NCBI GenBank assembly: GCA_030390025.1
Contig: CM059432.1
Coordinates: 146,198,001 to 146,262,000 of the forward strand
Direction: 5' to 3'
Source of the DNA: Squalus acanthias
Taxonomy: Eukaryota
DNA length: 64,000 nt
Made by a program: the position numbers and the translations under genes
Notes under the pieces: generated by a model
The model's input: the letters and a program-made list of their open reading frames with translations, nothing else
Databases searched by the model: none
What the model was told of the DNA's origin: nothing
Shown here: in pieces, positions 37,183 through 49,209 of the stretch
Layout of the letters: each line of letters starts with the position of its first letter
Numbering within the stretch: the stretch's first letter is position 1

Positions 37183-38095
37183 TCCAAGTTTGCTGACGAT
37201 ACAAAGCTAGGTGGGAAAGTAAGCTGTGAGGAGGACACAAAGAGCCTGCGAAGGGATATGGACAGGTTAAATGAGTGGGCAATAAGCTGGCAGATGGAGT
37301 ATAATGTGGGGAAATGTGAGGTTCTTCACTTTGGTAGGAAGAATAAGAAAACAGAATATTTTTTAAATGGTGAGAAATAATTAAATGTTGGTGTTCAGAG
37401 ATTTAGGTGTCCTCGCACAGGAACCACAGAAAGTTAGCATGCAGGTACAGCAAGCAATTAGGAAGGCAAATGGCATGTTGACCTTTATTGCAAGGGGGTT
37501 GTTGGAGTACAAGAGTAAGGAAGTCTTACTACAATTGTACAGGGCTTTGGTGAGAGGATTGTGCACAGTTTTGGTCTCCTTATTTGAGGAAGGATATACT
37601 TGCCTTAGAGGTGGTGCAACAAAGGTTCATTAGATAGATTCCTGCGATGAGAGGGTTGTCCTATGAGGAGAGATTGAGTAGATTGGGCCTATACTCTCTG
37701 GAGTTTAGAAGAATGATAGGTGATCTCATTGAAACATATAAGATTCTGAGGGGGTTTGACAGGGTAGATGCTGAGAGGTTGTTTCCCCTGGCTCGAGAGT
37801 CTAGAACTAGGAGGCAGAGGGGTCGGCCAATTAAGACTGAGATGAGGAGGAATTTGTTCACCCAGAGGGTTGTGAATCTTTGGAATTCTCTACCCCAAAG
37901 GGCTTTGGATGCTGAGTCTTTGAGTATATTCAAGGCTGAGATAGATAGATTTTTGGACTCTAGGGGAATCAAGGGATATGGAGATCGGGCGGGAAAGTGG
38001 AGTTGAGGTCGAAGATCAGCCATGATCTTATTGAATGGCAGAGCAGGCTCGAGGGGCTGTATGGCCTACTCCTGCTCCAAATTCTTATGTTCTTA
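37183..38095 (+). mobile_element. CR1 3' fragment, head-to-head with 36410-37187
   Basis: SKFADDTKLGG through to the tail. Confidence 0.92.
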
Positions 38096-38256
38096 ACCAC
38101 AATTCTCTATTCAACAATAATCCCACACCTTACCTCTCTGTTACTGACCATCACAGCTTCCCCTTGGCCACTATGCTGAAATAAAAGCCAAAACAGAAGA
38201 AACATTCCAATCCAACTTTATCCATCAATCCATGCTATATTACCTAACAAAGTCAA

Positions 38257-40649
38257 CTAATCACCCTTGTGTATTCCCTTAGTTCCTGTCTTCAGTGTGC
38301 CTTTGCCTATCCTAGTGCTGCTACGAAGTGCTATCCCAGTGGCTGCAACATGGCTGGTGGAAGGCTGCTGACTTTCAGTGGGGGAGACTGCAGAGGGCAT
38401 TGGAGGATGATTTTGAGCAGTTCTGGGCTGCGGACTGCACCACCTCGGCATGGGCAACATCAGTCTGGGCTGGCTGGCTGACAGGCAACAACAAGGGCAC
38501 TGGCGGAGTGGCAGTGGTGGGAGGACGAATGCTGTCATCCTGAGAGAGGACAGTAGTTTCGTCCTCCACAGAGCCACAGAATCTACCCGGGGTGGCACCT
38601 CAGCATTTCTAGCCATCTGTTGGAGGACAGATTGCTGGACTGCTGTGACACCCTGCAAGCCCCTTTCCACACTGGTAAACTCAGCCACGATGGCAGCAGT
38701 CTGAGCTTGCGTGGCAGCAAGCTGAGCCTGCATGAGAGCAGTCTGAGCTTGCATGACAGAAGTCTGAGCTTCCACTGCAGGACTCAGACATTAGGTGGCT
38801 TCTGCTGGTGCTGCAATGGAAGCTGAGACATTGGCCATCAGACGCTGCATGATGGTTGGGTCTACAAGTGCGCTAATGGATCTGCCCACCCCTTCCATGC
38901 TGGAAAGGATGGGCTCCAAGCTCTGCGCAAATCCCTGTGCAAGGTTGGTGCAGGACTCCTCCATGCTCCTTGACATTGCACTCAGGCTTTCTGACAGCCC
39001 TGACAATGCACCATCATTTTGATGTGCACTCCCATTCAGCGTTCTACTGTAGGCCGCCCATCGAAAGAAAGGAAGAAAACGAGAAAGATCGAATGACTTG
39101 CATTTATATAGCGCCTTTCATGATCTCAGGACATCCCAAAGTGCTTTACAGTCAATGAAGTACTTCTGAAGTGTAGTCACTGGTGTAATGTAGGAAATGT
39201 GACAGCCAAATTGCGCACAGCAAGCTCCCACAAACAGCAATGTGATAATGACCAAATAATCTGTTTTTGTGATGTTAATTGAGGGATAATTATTGGCCAG
39301 GACGCCGAAGATAACTCCCCGGCTCTTCCTCAAAATAGTGCCATGGTATCTTTTACGTCCACCTGAGAGAGCAGACGGGGCCTCAGTTCAACGTCTCATC
39401 TGAAAGACGGCACACTCCGACAGTGCAGCATTCCCTCACTGGAATGTCAGCCTAGATTATTGTGTTCAAATCTCTGGATTGGGACTTGAACCCACAACCT
39501 TCTGACTCAGAGGTGAGAGTGCTACCAACTGAGCCACGGCTGACACCTCATCTGAGACCTCTGCATCTGAACTCGTGTGCAACCTTGCCCTCCGGGGAGC
39601 TGGCAGCTGTACTGCCCTCTCCCCCTGCCCTGGTTGTAGCCCACTCATGCCCGGTGACTCACCACGTGCAGATACCACCTTTAGGCTACCCTCTAAACTC
39701 TGCGCAGTGCCAGGATCTGAGCTGGTGGCTGCGACTGTCAGATTGCGTGACGGTGTTTCTTCTTCTTCATCACTCTCCTCTCCTTCTTCTTCTATTTCTT
39801 GGGTATCTGAAATGAGAAAAGCACAAGGGCCGGGTTGTGGTGAGGGAAGGGGGAAAAGCAAGAGGTGCATGCTTACACTATGTGCGGATTGTAAATCCAA
39901 AGAGATTGTGGGATGAGGGGCAAGTGGGATATGAGAAGGAGGATAACGTATGAGGATACTGGCACCTTGTACTCCTTCAGCCCTGCTGCTGGCCACGGAC
40001 TCAGCCATACCCCTCCCAAGAATGGCCAGCACCGTCTCCTCCAAGGGGATGAGGTGATGCAGGTGAGCCTGTCCCCCGCTGGTTGGGTTCTGCTGGCGCC
40101 GGTTATGCACCACCTTTTCCTGCAAGAGAAAGGGAAGTGTGTCAGTGAGTGCGGTGCAATGTGTTTGGGTGTTGTGCCTGTCATGGTTGAATAGCTAACA
40201 GTGTGTGCAAGCTGTGAGATGTGGGTTTGAGGCTTGCAGCAGTGGTAAGTGTGTGAGGGTGAGGTGAAGCTATGATTGTGAGGTATGAGTCGTGTTTCGT
40301 AGAAATTGTTGGTAGGTGCGTGATGGGGGTGTGGTGCATTGAGCAGTGTGTGAGGCTGGAGGTGCAGATGGTGGAATATGGCATTTGAAGATGAATTCAC
40401 TGACCTTGACCACTCGTGTGAGGTCATTAAACTTCTTCCTGCACTGCGTCCACGTCCTCGGGGCAACACTGCTGGCATTCACCACATTGGCTATCTGCTC
40501 CCATTGCACTTTTGTCTGTTGCCTGGAGGGTCTCCTAGCCCCCTGTGGAAAGAGGACCTCTCTCTCCTCGAATTGATCTGATGCACGAAGGCCCCCAATG
40601 CTGCATTGGAGAATCTTTCTGCACGCTCTCTCCCCTGTTGTGCCATCAT
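38257..40649 (-). pseudogene. Harbinger Myb/SANT (trihelix) gene, 3 exons (40649-40405, 40119-39966, 39806-38257), disrupted; element end near 40917
   Basis: RF..WEQIA..RTWTQCRKKFNDL; GT-AG sites in compatible phase; TIR-like GGCCCTAGAAATTGG at ~40917; frameshifts and a SINE insertion. Confidence 0.85.
39063..39545 (-). mobile_element. Full-length Deu-domain tRNA SINE (SacSINE1-like)
   Basis: A box TGGCTCAGTTGG; B box GGTTCAAGTCC; Deu core TGCCGTCTTTCAGATGAGACGTTGAAC; L2-type tail GGCGCTATATAAATGCAAG. Confidence 0.85.
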
Positions 40650-40917
40650 GATTTGATTTTTTGAATCACCATCTGCAAGAAGAATGCACCTCCCCTTTAA
40701 GTAGTGTAGGCTAGCTTTAATTGGTGCTGGCCTCGCATGAACTTGGGCCCCCTGCTGAGCGTTCAGCAAATCAGCAGCGCGTCCAGCCACAATCATGCAA
40801 ATGAGCAGGCAGCACAAAATTTGCATGCTGCCTGCAGTCCTCCGAACGGGCGTGGGTTGCTAGCACATCGCGATCCCTGTGCTTCTTTTTGGGTGGGGCG
40901 AACCAATTTCTAGGGCC

Positions 40918-41491
40918 TTTACTCTTATACTCCATTCCCTTTGTAATAAAGGCCAATATACCATTTGCTTTCCTAATTGCTTGCTGTACCTGCATGTTAA
41001 CTTTCAGTGATTCATGTGTAAGGACACCCAGGCCCCTCTGAACACCAACATTTCCCAATCTCTCACCATTTAAATAATATTCTGCTTTTCTATTTTTCCT
41101 GCCAAAGTGGATAAATTCGCACTTCTCCACATTATATTCCAACTGCCATGTTCTTGCCCACTCACTTAACCTGACTATATCTCTTTGCATCTGCCTCATG
41201 GATTACTGGCCCGCCTAGCTTTGTATCCTCAGCAAACTTGGATACAATACACTCAGTCCCCTCATCTAAGTCATTGATATCGATTGTAAGTAGCTGAGGC
41301 CCAAACACTGATCCTTGCGCACCCGCCCCCCCCCCCCCACTAGTTACAACCTGCCCACCCGAAAATGACCTGTTTATTCATACTCTCTGTTTTCTGTCTG
41401 TTAACCAGTCCTCTATCCATGCTAATATATTATCCCCAACCCATGAGCCCTATCTTAGTGTAATAACCTTTTGTGTGGCACCTTATCGAAT
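40918..41491 (-). mobile_element. CR1 RT fragment
   Basis: [17 protein letters not shown] on the minus strand. Confidence 0.88.
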
Positions 41492-42002
41492 GTCAATCAG
41501 GCTGAATTCTGGGCAGCGAACCTATCACTGAAGTCACATGCTCGTTCTGCTCCTGCCCCCGATCGTTCCCTACTTCCCCCCCCCCCCCCCGCTGTTCCAG
41601 CCCCTGATTGTCCCCTACCCCTGCCCCCTGCTCCTTCTGCCCCCATTGTTCCTTACCCAAACCCCCCTGCTCCTCCGGCCTTCCCCGTGCTCCTCGGGCC
41701 CCCAATCGTTCCCTACCCTCCCCCCCCCCGCCCCCCGCTCCTCAGAGGCACCCCTCCCCCGCTCCTCCGGCCACCCCCTCGTCCCCCACACGATCCCTCC
41801 CTCCCTCCTCACAGCAGCTTCATGCTGCAGGCCTACCCGCCTGCAGTCAGCCAGCCTCTCAATCTGGCTGTCTGGGGGTTAGAAACAGAGGATTTGCATT
41901 TAACCATGTATCTACTCCTCGGCTGAAGTTGCTGTGCCGTTTACACATAAAGAACGGTAAGCGCCATTAGCCTCACCGTTATTTTGACAGCAAATTCTGG
42001 CC
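41492..42002. mobile_element. Partial MITE (family of 2813-3561) with C-rich internal repeats
   Basis: Ends TTATTTTGACAGCAAATTCTGGCC; CGATCGTTCCC-like repeats. Confidence 0.55.
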
Positions 42003-42850
42003 AATTGCTTTCCATGTGAACATTTGCACTAGGAATTTCTGAATTTTGAAATAGCTGAATTTTCTGAATGTGTTACATTAGTTAAAATCTTAGAAACACA
42101 GAGTGCTGTTTATAAGGCTAAATAGCATCAATTATTTCTACATCTTTGAAGTAAATTGGAATATTCCTGTTTGTCTGTCTGGGGATTATGGATGGTTAAA
42201 GGCTATCTGTTGTCTAAATTTACACTCAAATTCCATGATTCCCTACTGCTTTAATCTTACTTGCAGTATTGTGAGTTTCATTGACTTTAATGAGCTATAT
42301 TTCTATATTAATGTGATAACATTATGCATAAACAGTGATGCCACCTTCATGTGTTAATTAGAAAATGTAGATTATTTATGAAGTAAACGCTTTCATGTGG
42401 GAAATAGTTGAATGAAAATATTAGAGTTAATTAAACAAATAACGTCACAACGCACGAAAATAGCATTGCAGCATTTTAAAATCTTTTCTGAATACAATAT
42501 CTCTTCAGCTGTCCTAAATTCAAAGAATAAGTTTCCATAAACGATTCTGGATAAGCAGAAGTCAGTAATTGCAAAGTTAGATTATTCAAGGAATATATGC
42601 AAATTGCCTTACAAAATGTGGTTGTCAAAATAATTGGAAGTCAGATGGTGAAGCGCAGTATATTTTTAGATTTAATATTCATGAATTGTCTTAACCTGAT
42701 TCCATGTTGCAGCTGGTTACAGGACACCATTAATTGAGTCTATTTTGCGGTTTGAAGATGTAAAGGTTTTTCTGCCTTTTTCTAAATGCTTTCCCTCAAA
42801 CTTCAATAAACTTTGTTCTGTTCAGTATACTTGGAGGCATCAGCCTAGAC

Positions 42851-45214
42851 CAGCGGTTCCCAACCTTTTCCTTTATGCGGACCACTACATCGTCATCAAA
42901 AGCTTTTGCGGACCACTAGCCATTTAAAACATTTTTATCATCGCCTATGGCTGACGGGAGTCAAACTTATATATCAACAGGTATTAAAAATGCAGCTGTT
43001 TCTAATCATTTATTATGCTCACTCACAAATACATTGCACAAGTCACAGCACATTTACCTGCAGTAGGCCTACCAGTGGGGAAAAGATAACACTTACCTAA
43101 TGAGAAGGCTGATGTTGTTTCGCAGACGTCAAACGCTGGATGTCAGGTTCCAGCAATGACAGTCTCAATCGGAGATCTGGTTCAACGTGAAGTATTTGGT
43201 CTTCAATGCGACAAGCGCAAAAAATCCAGTTTCGCAAAGGTAGGTTGTGGGAAAAGGCATTACAAACTTTACTGCCTTGTCGGACAGTGCTGGATATTCC
43301 GAAGCAACTTTAAGCCAAAAGTCAGTCAGATTTTGCCGAGAAAAATCCTGCTTTAAAGCACTGTCACAGGACAGTTCCACAAGGCTGTCTTGCTCTGTCG
43401 AGGTCAGGCTTGCGAGGATGTCATCATCAAGGCTCGCCAAGGATTTCATATCCAGTTGAATTTTGTGTCAGGCACAGGGAAGTACTTGCGTAGGTTTATT
43501 TTCAAACTTTGGAGGTGCTCTCTGATGATATGTTTCACTCTGTTTGGAAGCTGCATCTCTGCCGTGACCAAAAAATCAGACAGATTCGCAAACGATTCGT
43601 AATTTGACTGCTCAAGTCGTTTGGCCCACATCTCTATATTCATGATCATCGCTTCTATTTTGTCCTGCACATGAAAGAATGTCACTGATTTTCCCTCAAG
43701 ACGCAGATTGAGACCATTCAATTGATCGAAAATATCTGCCATATAAGCCAATACAAGCCACTGAAAATCACCGAAGCGATGTGAAAGTTCAAACTTTGAG
43801 TCCAGTAAAAAAATTCTCACCCCATCATGCAACTCTAAAAGACGAGTGAGTACCTTTCCTCGGGACAGCCAGCGGACCTCGGTGTGCAGAAGTAGTTGAT
43901 GGTGATCACTGCCCATCTCGTCACAAATAGCTGCAAATATTCGCGAATTCAGTGGACGGGTCTTGATATAATTAACAGTTTTAACGGCTTCCTCCAAAAT
44001 GGTCTTGAGATCAGCAGGCATTTTCTTTGCAGCTAACGCCTCCCTATGGATGTTGCAGTAAATGGATGATGCTGGCGGAGCCACTGCTCTTACACGTGCA
44101 ACAACCCCATTGTGTTGGCCTAACATCGCACGGGCCCCATCTGTGCCAAGTCCGTCACATTTTGACTAATTAATCCCATTTTCAATAATGAAACTGTTCA
44201 ACATTCCAAAAATAGCCTCTGCAGTTGAGCGTGTGGGCAACGATTTACAAAAGAGAAAGTCCTCATGTATCTCTCCATTGTGTTCATACCTTACATAGGT
44301 GATCAGGTTTGAAAGGTTTGCAATGTCCATTGATTCATCCAGTTGAAGTGCATAAAAACGACTCGCTTGTATTCTCGCTATTAGCTGATCACACAAGTCC
44401 TGAGCCATCTCATCAATTCTGCGTTGAACTGTGTTATCTGACAATGAAATCGTGTTAATTTGCTTGCAGGCCCCCTCTCCCAGCATAAAACCCACCATCT
44501 CCTTAGCTGCTGGCAATATCAACTCCTCCCCGATTGGGTGCGGCTTCCCTGTCTTTGCTATGAGCCTAGCTACCCGGTACGAGGCCTTAGCATTATCACT
44601 GCCTTTAGATGTGCATTCCATAATTGTCTTGCTACGTTGAAATTCTTTGAGCTGGTTGTAAAAAATTCCAATTGTCTTGGACACGTATTCCCCACGCTTA
44701 GTCTCAAGATGATGGCAAAGATTAGCGGGCTTTAGGCTTTCATTCGACAGAACATCATAGCGCACGACACATACTGGCAACGGTTCGTTCTCAGTTCCAG
44801 CGTACGTAAATCCCAGTTTTAAGTATTCACTGCTGTATTTTCTCCTCACTTTTCGCTTACTTTTGTTGTGCCGAGTTTCATTTGCTGATGTCTCACTGTC
44901 ATTTTGGCCATAGCAGAGAGTTCGCTTACGCGTGCCAGATAAAAGCCACCGATCCATTTTTTGATTCCCGCGCTCTAACCGTCGAATTTTCTAAGAGCGT
45001 CGGTTCACATTGAAGTCACGCAAAAGCGCCACACTATTTAAATTCAGAGAATCACAAGGATGTTTATGAAGCATATTACATTGCGAATAATAATGTAATA
45101 TCGAATATGATACATACGAGGTACACGTGATTATATTATTATTACAGTATCATAATTATTTTTTTTCACGGACCACCTGCAGTACCCTCGCGGATCACTG
45201 GTTGGGAACCGCTG
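42851..45214 (-). mobile_element. hAT (Buster/Charlie-type) DNA transposon, copy 1; transposase pseudogene ~44957-43080
   Basis: 15-bp TIR CAGCGGTTCCCAACC; 8-bp TSD GCCTAGAC/GCCTCGAC; BED-like finger, LQLDES, TDGA, CxxH, RWLS, CETGF. Confidence 0.96.
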
Positions 45215-46277
45215 GCCTCGACATTCTACCTCCTTAGGGATGGAATTGTAGCACAGAATGGTGGGAGAGGAGTCAGAATTTGAGGTGGGAACCGAGATCT
45301 GCCAGGTTTCCACTCCAAATCCCGCTGCCAATCTCAATCTGAGAGTAGGGACACTTCTTCTGTCCACACACCCAACATTTCTGCAGCTGTTTTTTGGGGG
45401 GGGGGAGGGAGCATAGCTCAGATACTGCAGGAATCCAACCAGTGGCATCCCTGGTCAGCCCAGTGGGACCCGCGCCTGCTGAGAGGTTATTTTCTGGGCC
45501 TAGTGAAGGCCTCAAAGTTAAAAATGCAAAAGACAATCCATCCCAGAAGGAATAATTGCCTTTGGAACAAGGGCCTGCTAGATTACTCCTGAGAACATTT
45601 CCAATTTGCCGAACTATTCCTGCTCAGCACAAGCGGCCTCTTGCTCTTCCTCTTGGCCCAAGTGCACCTCTGGAGGTCGAGACCTATATTTATGAAGCCT
45701 TTATTATTCACTGTCACTGAAAACATCTAGGCCTCTATCTGTGAAGCTTTGGGGGGATTTTACAACTGTTGTGTTGATGTTTTCATTAAATAAATTACAA
45801 CAACAAATGGAAATGCTAATTACTTAAGGTTTCCCTTGGGCAAGCATGTTCTACAGGAGCTTATTTTGTTCGCTCTACTGTTAAAAGCTTGGCCCGGAGT
45901 TTCTGCTTGGTTGCCCTGTTTTTTTATTCAGCGCGATTTGCGTGCAATCGACGTAACCAGCACAAAAAATAAATCGCAGAATTTTAAGCGCAAAGTGACG
46001 TTCGTTGCAACTCGAGTCTCCGCGATCCTTTGCGCTGGTTTAGAAACATGGCACTAGAAACTGGCCCCACCCACAAAACTGGCCACACCCCCAGGATGAA
46101 TTAATCACCTTTGCAAGTTTCCGCTGGTTGCGCTCGTTTGCGAGCGTTCGAGGAGGCTCTAAAAATTAAGTTGTTTTATTTGGGCACAAGGACACGAACA
46201 GGAACATTTTAAAAGCTTTTGAATATATATATTTTTTAATTTACAGAGAAACTGACTACTGTACTCCAATATACTCC

Positions 46278-46879
46278 AACAACTTATATTTACATAGCAC
46301 CTTTAACACAGTAAAACATCCCAAGGCGCTGCACAGGAGTGTTATCCAATAAAATTGACACCGAGCCACATAAGGAGATGTTAGGGGCAGATGACCAAAA
46401 GCTTGGTCGAAGAGGTAGGTTTTAAGGAGCGTCTTAAAGGAGGAAAGAGAAGTGGAGAGGCGGAGAGATTTAGGGAGGGAATTCCAGAGCTTAGGGACCT
46501 AGGCAGCTTAAGGCACGATCACCAATGATGGAGCGTTTAAAATCAGGAGTGTTCAAACGACCAGAATAGGCGGAGCGCAGAGGTCTGGGGGAATATAGGG
46601 CTGGAGGAGACTACAGAGATATGGAAGGATTTGAAAACAAGAATGAGAATTTTAAAATCGAGGCACTGGTTAATTGGTAGTCAATGTAGGTCAGCAAAAA
46701 CAGGGGAGAGCGGTGAGCACGACTTGGTGCGAGTTAGCACATGGGCGGCAGAGTTTTGGATGACCTCAAGTTTATGGAGGGTAGAACTAGGGAGGCCGAC
46801 CAGGCACGCGTTGGAATAGTCAAGTCTAGAGGTGATAAAGGCATGGATGAGGGTTCTGGCAGCAGATAAGTTGAGGCGG
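46278..46879 (-). mobile_element. L2-type LINE 3' fragment
   Basis: Tail GTGCTATGTAAATATAAGTTGTT on the minus strand; homologous to 15797-18205. Confidence 0.82.
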
Positions 46880-46981
46880 TGTTAGAAATTAGGGGTGCCT
46901 AAAACATATATGGTTATGCGAATGAAAGTGTGATGCGAATAATACTGTGCTCAAGACGAGTAAGGAGTTAATGTATAAGTT
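46880..46981 (+). mobile_element. 5' end of the long LTR family
   Basis: TGTTAGAAATTAGGGGTGCCTAAAA matches the reverse complement of 18035-18010; continues into sequence matching 17220-17189. Confidence 0.8.
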
Positions 46982-46982
46982 A

Positions 46983-47494
46983 TAAAAACAGAAAATGCTG
47001 GAAATACTCAGCAGGTCAGGCAGCATCTGTGCAGAGAGAAACAGAGTTAACGTTTCAGGTCGATGACCCTTCGTCAGCACTGGAAAAAGTTGGAGATGGA
47101 ACAGGTTTTTAAGCAAGTGTAGGGGCAGGGAGAGGGGGGAGGGGAGGAAAGAACAAAAGGGAAGGTCTGTGATAGGGTGGAAGGCAGGAGAGATTAGGAG
47201 ATAAAAGGGATGATGGTGAGAGGCAAAAGGAGATGTTAATGGGACAAGTTAAGAAATAAAAGATGACTCCAGATGAAGTGTAAATGGCAATGACAGAATG
47301 ATCAACAGCTGCCATGTGAGAGAGAGAAAAAAAACGATAGGGGCCGAGGTTATGGTCTGAAATTGTTGAACTCGATGTTGAGTCCAGAAGGCTGTAAAGT
47401 GCCTAATCGAAAGATGAGGTGCTATTCCTCTCCATCCTCGGCCTCTTACACGGTTCCAATGAAGCTCAACGTAAGCTCGAGGAACAGCACCTCA
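46983..47494 (-). mobile_element. Penelope-like terminus with hammerhead motif and a short inverted GIY-YIG segment
   Basis: Hammerhead core at 47045-47081; minus-strand HLIFRLGTLQPSGLN; plus-strand SILGLLH..RKLEEQHL at ~47430-47494. Confidence 0.85.
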
Positions 47495-47496
47495 AC

Positions 47497-48038
47497 AATT
47501 CAACAATTTTTTCCAAGAGGCTGAGACTTCCACGAGAGGTAGTCGCTGACATCTGCACAATGCTGGACCAACATCTGGAGCCCAGAGGAGCGGGTGGACA
47601 CTCCTTACCAGTGGCTGTCAAAGTCACCACCGCATTCAACTTCTTTGCTTCAGGGCCCTTCCAGGGATCAGCAACAGACATCAGCGACTTCTCCCAGTTG
47701 GCTGCACACACTTGCATCACGCAGGTTACCGATGCCCTCTTTGCACAATTACATGCATTTCTCCATGGATGAAGCAAGTGTAACCTTGCGTGTGGTTGGC
47801 TTTGCAAATATGGCAGGCTTCCCAAAGGTGCAGGGTGTCGTAGACTGCACACATGTGGCCATTAGGGCACCCCATCACAACCCAGCTGTATTTGTCAACC
47901 GCAAGGGCTTCCACTTGGAGGAGGAGCAGGCGGAATGAGGAAGACCTTGCGGAGGCGCATGTGCCAGTTCCACCAGCACGCGAGCACATTGCTGGCCGTG
48001 AGGCAAGGGATGCACTAATCCATGTCAGAATCACGTAA
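47497..48038 (+). pseudogene. Harbinger (HARBI1-like) transposase, internally deleted
   Basis: [43 protein letters not shown], then a jump to the C-terminal ARDALI. Confidence 0.9.
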
Positions 48039-48327
48039 GTTTATGCAGCCAACATAGGTGGCTGGCACATGGAAATGAGTGGCCGACCTTCTTAATACAC
48101 AATACAGCATCTGTACAATAAACTGTGGGTTCCTATCACTCTTACCACCATCATTACAGATGAAAGGCGCCCTGACCCCTCACTGTGATACTTCCATTTC
48201 TGAGCACACATAGGCCAACTCTTTGAAGCTTTGCCATCGCATCTCTTTATTACAATTCAAATAACGATGAAAATCATCACTTTGTTTTATATCAAAACAC
48301 CCAAGTGACTCACCTTGTGACTATTGG

Positions 48328-49205
48328 GGGGGAAAATTCGGTTGCTTTGCGCCTCCCGTTTGCGCCCTAAGACAGCGCTAATGGGGCACAAAGCAACTAG
48401 TGCCCGGGCGCGGCGATGTTTGCGCCGCTCACGGAATTGAGCAGACATTTTGCGGTGGCGCTAAACACTACCGCCACAATCTCCTGCGCCCGCAGATCGT
48501 GACATCAGTCAACCTGTAGCGCCCCGGACTGGATATTGAGTGGCACCCCCTGCCTTACCGCCTGCCGCTAGCAACGACAAGTTGAGGGGAGCGCTTTGCA
48601 GTCGGGAAGGGACTGGGGGAGTGCTATTTAAAGGCGACTGCCTCCTGCCTTTTTTTGTCGGCGACATTTTTGCAGGACGCATTCTGAGAGAGAGAGAGAC
48701 TTCTGGAGAGATTCAACGCTGTGTGAAGGAGTTTTGGGTGCTGAGCTATACTTTGCAGGTTCATTTTGATTTGACCTTCCTTGCATCGATTTAGAAGAGA
48801 CTGTGGGGGCTGCACTCTGAGTTCTTTCCCTGGGCCTCTCCATTGTTCTTTCCAGCAGAATTGATGTACAGGTCTCTCCAGACCGAGATTCAAGGCTGCA
48901 ATGAGCAGGGTGTGGATGGAGAGCAAGATCGACCCTCCCCTTTAAGAACTGGCCAGCACCATTGTGTGTCTGTGTTCCATTGCTGACTGACATTACATGA
49001 GCTTCGCCAGCGCTCTGAGGTAGCGCCTCGCTCTTCGACGTTAGCACCTTAAGAGAGGTGTGTAGTACCTGATTTAGCGCTCCAATCATCTCCAGGGGCG
49101 ATAGAAGCCAAGTTTGCAGTCGGAGGCGATAATTAGCGCCAGGTGCTTAACTTTGCGCCCGGCCGATAATTGCGCCCAAACGGGGCGATACCGAATTTCT
49201 CCCCC
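48328..49205. mobile_element. Harbinger MITE family A, copy 3 (more diverged)
   Basis: TIR GGGGGAAAATTCGG / CCGAATTTCTCCCCC; inserted at the 3' end of the Myb gene; TSD unclear. Confidence 0.9.
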
Positions 49206-49209
49206 TTTG

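Larger units (their letters stand above)
36410..37187 (-). mobile_element. CR1 3' fragment interrupted by a Penelope palindrome
   Basis: RT C-terminus and tail on the minus strand. Confidence 0.9.

Noticed and set aside
39481..39545. tRNA genes here and at 52306
   Set aside because: Retroelement heads with A/B boxes; no complete cloverleaf or terminator
41471..41970. Proline-rich ORFs
   Set aside because: C-rich low-complexity MITE interior
42712..42765. Possible plus-strand exon GYRTPLIESILRFED; similar AG-preceded candidates at ~1971 and ~4046
   Set aside because: Weak donors and no recognised homology; no host gene can be supported
47419..47938. Host HARBI1 gene
   Set aside because: Frameshifted, deleted, and lies within a transposon next to a Myb partner
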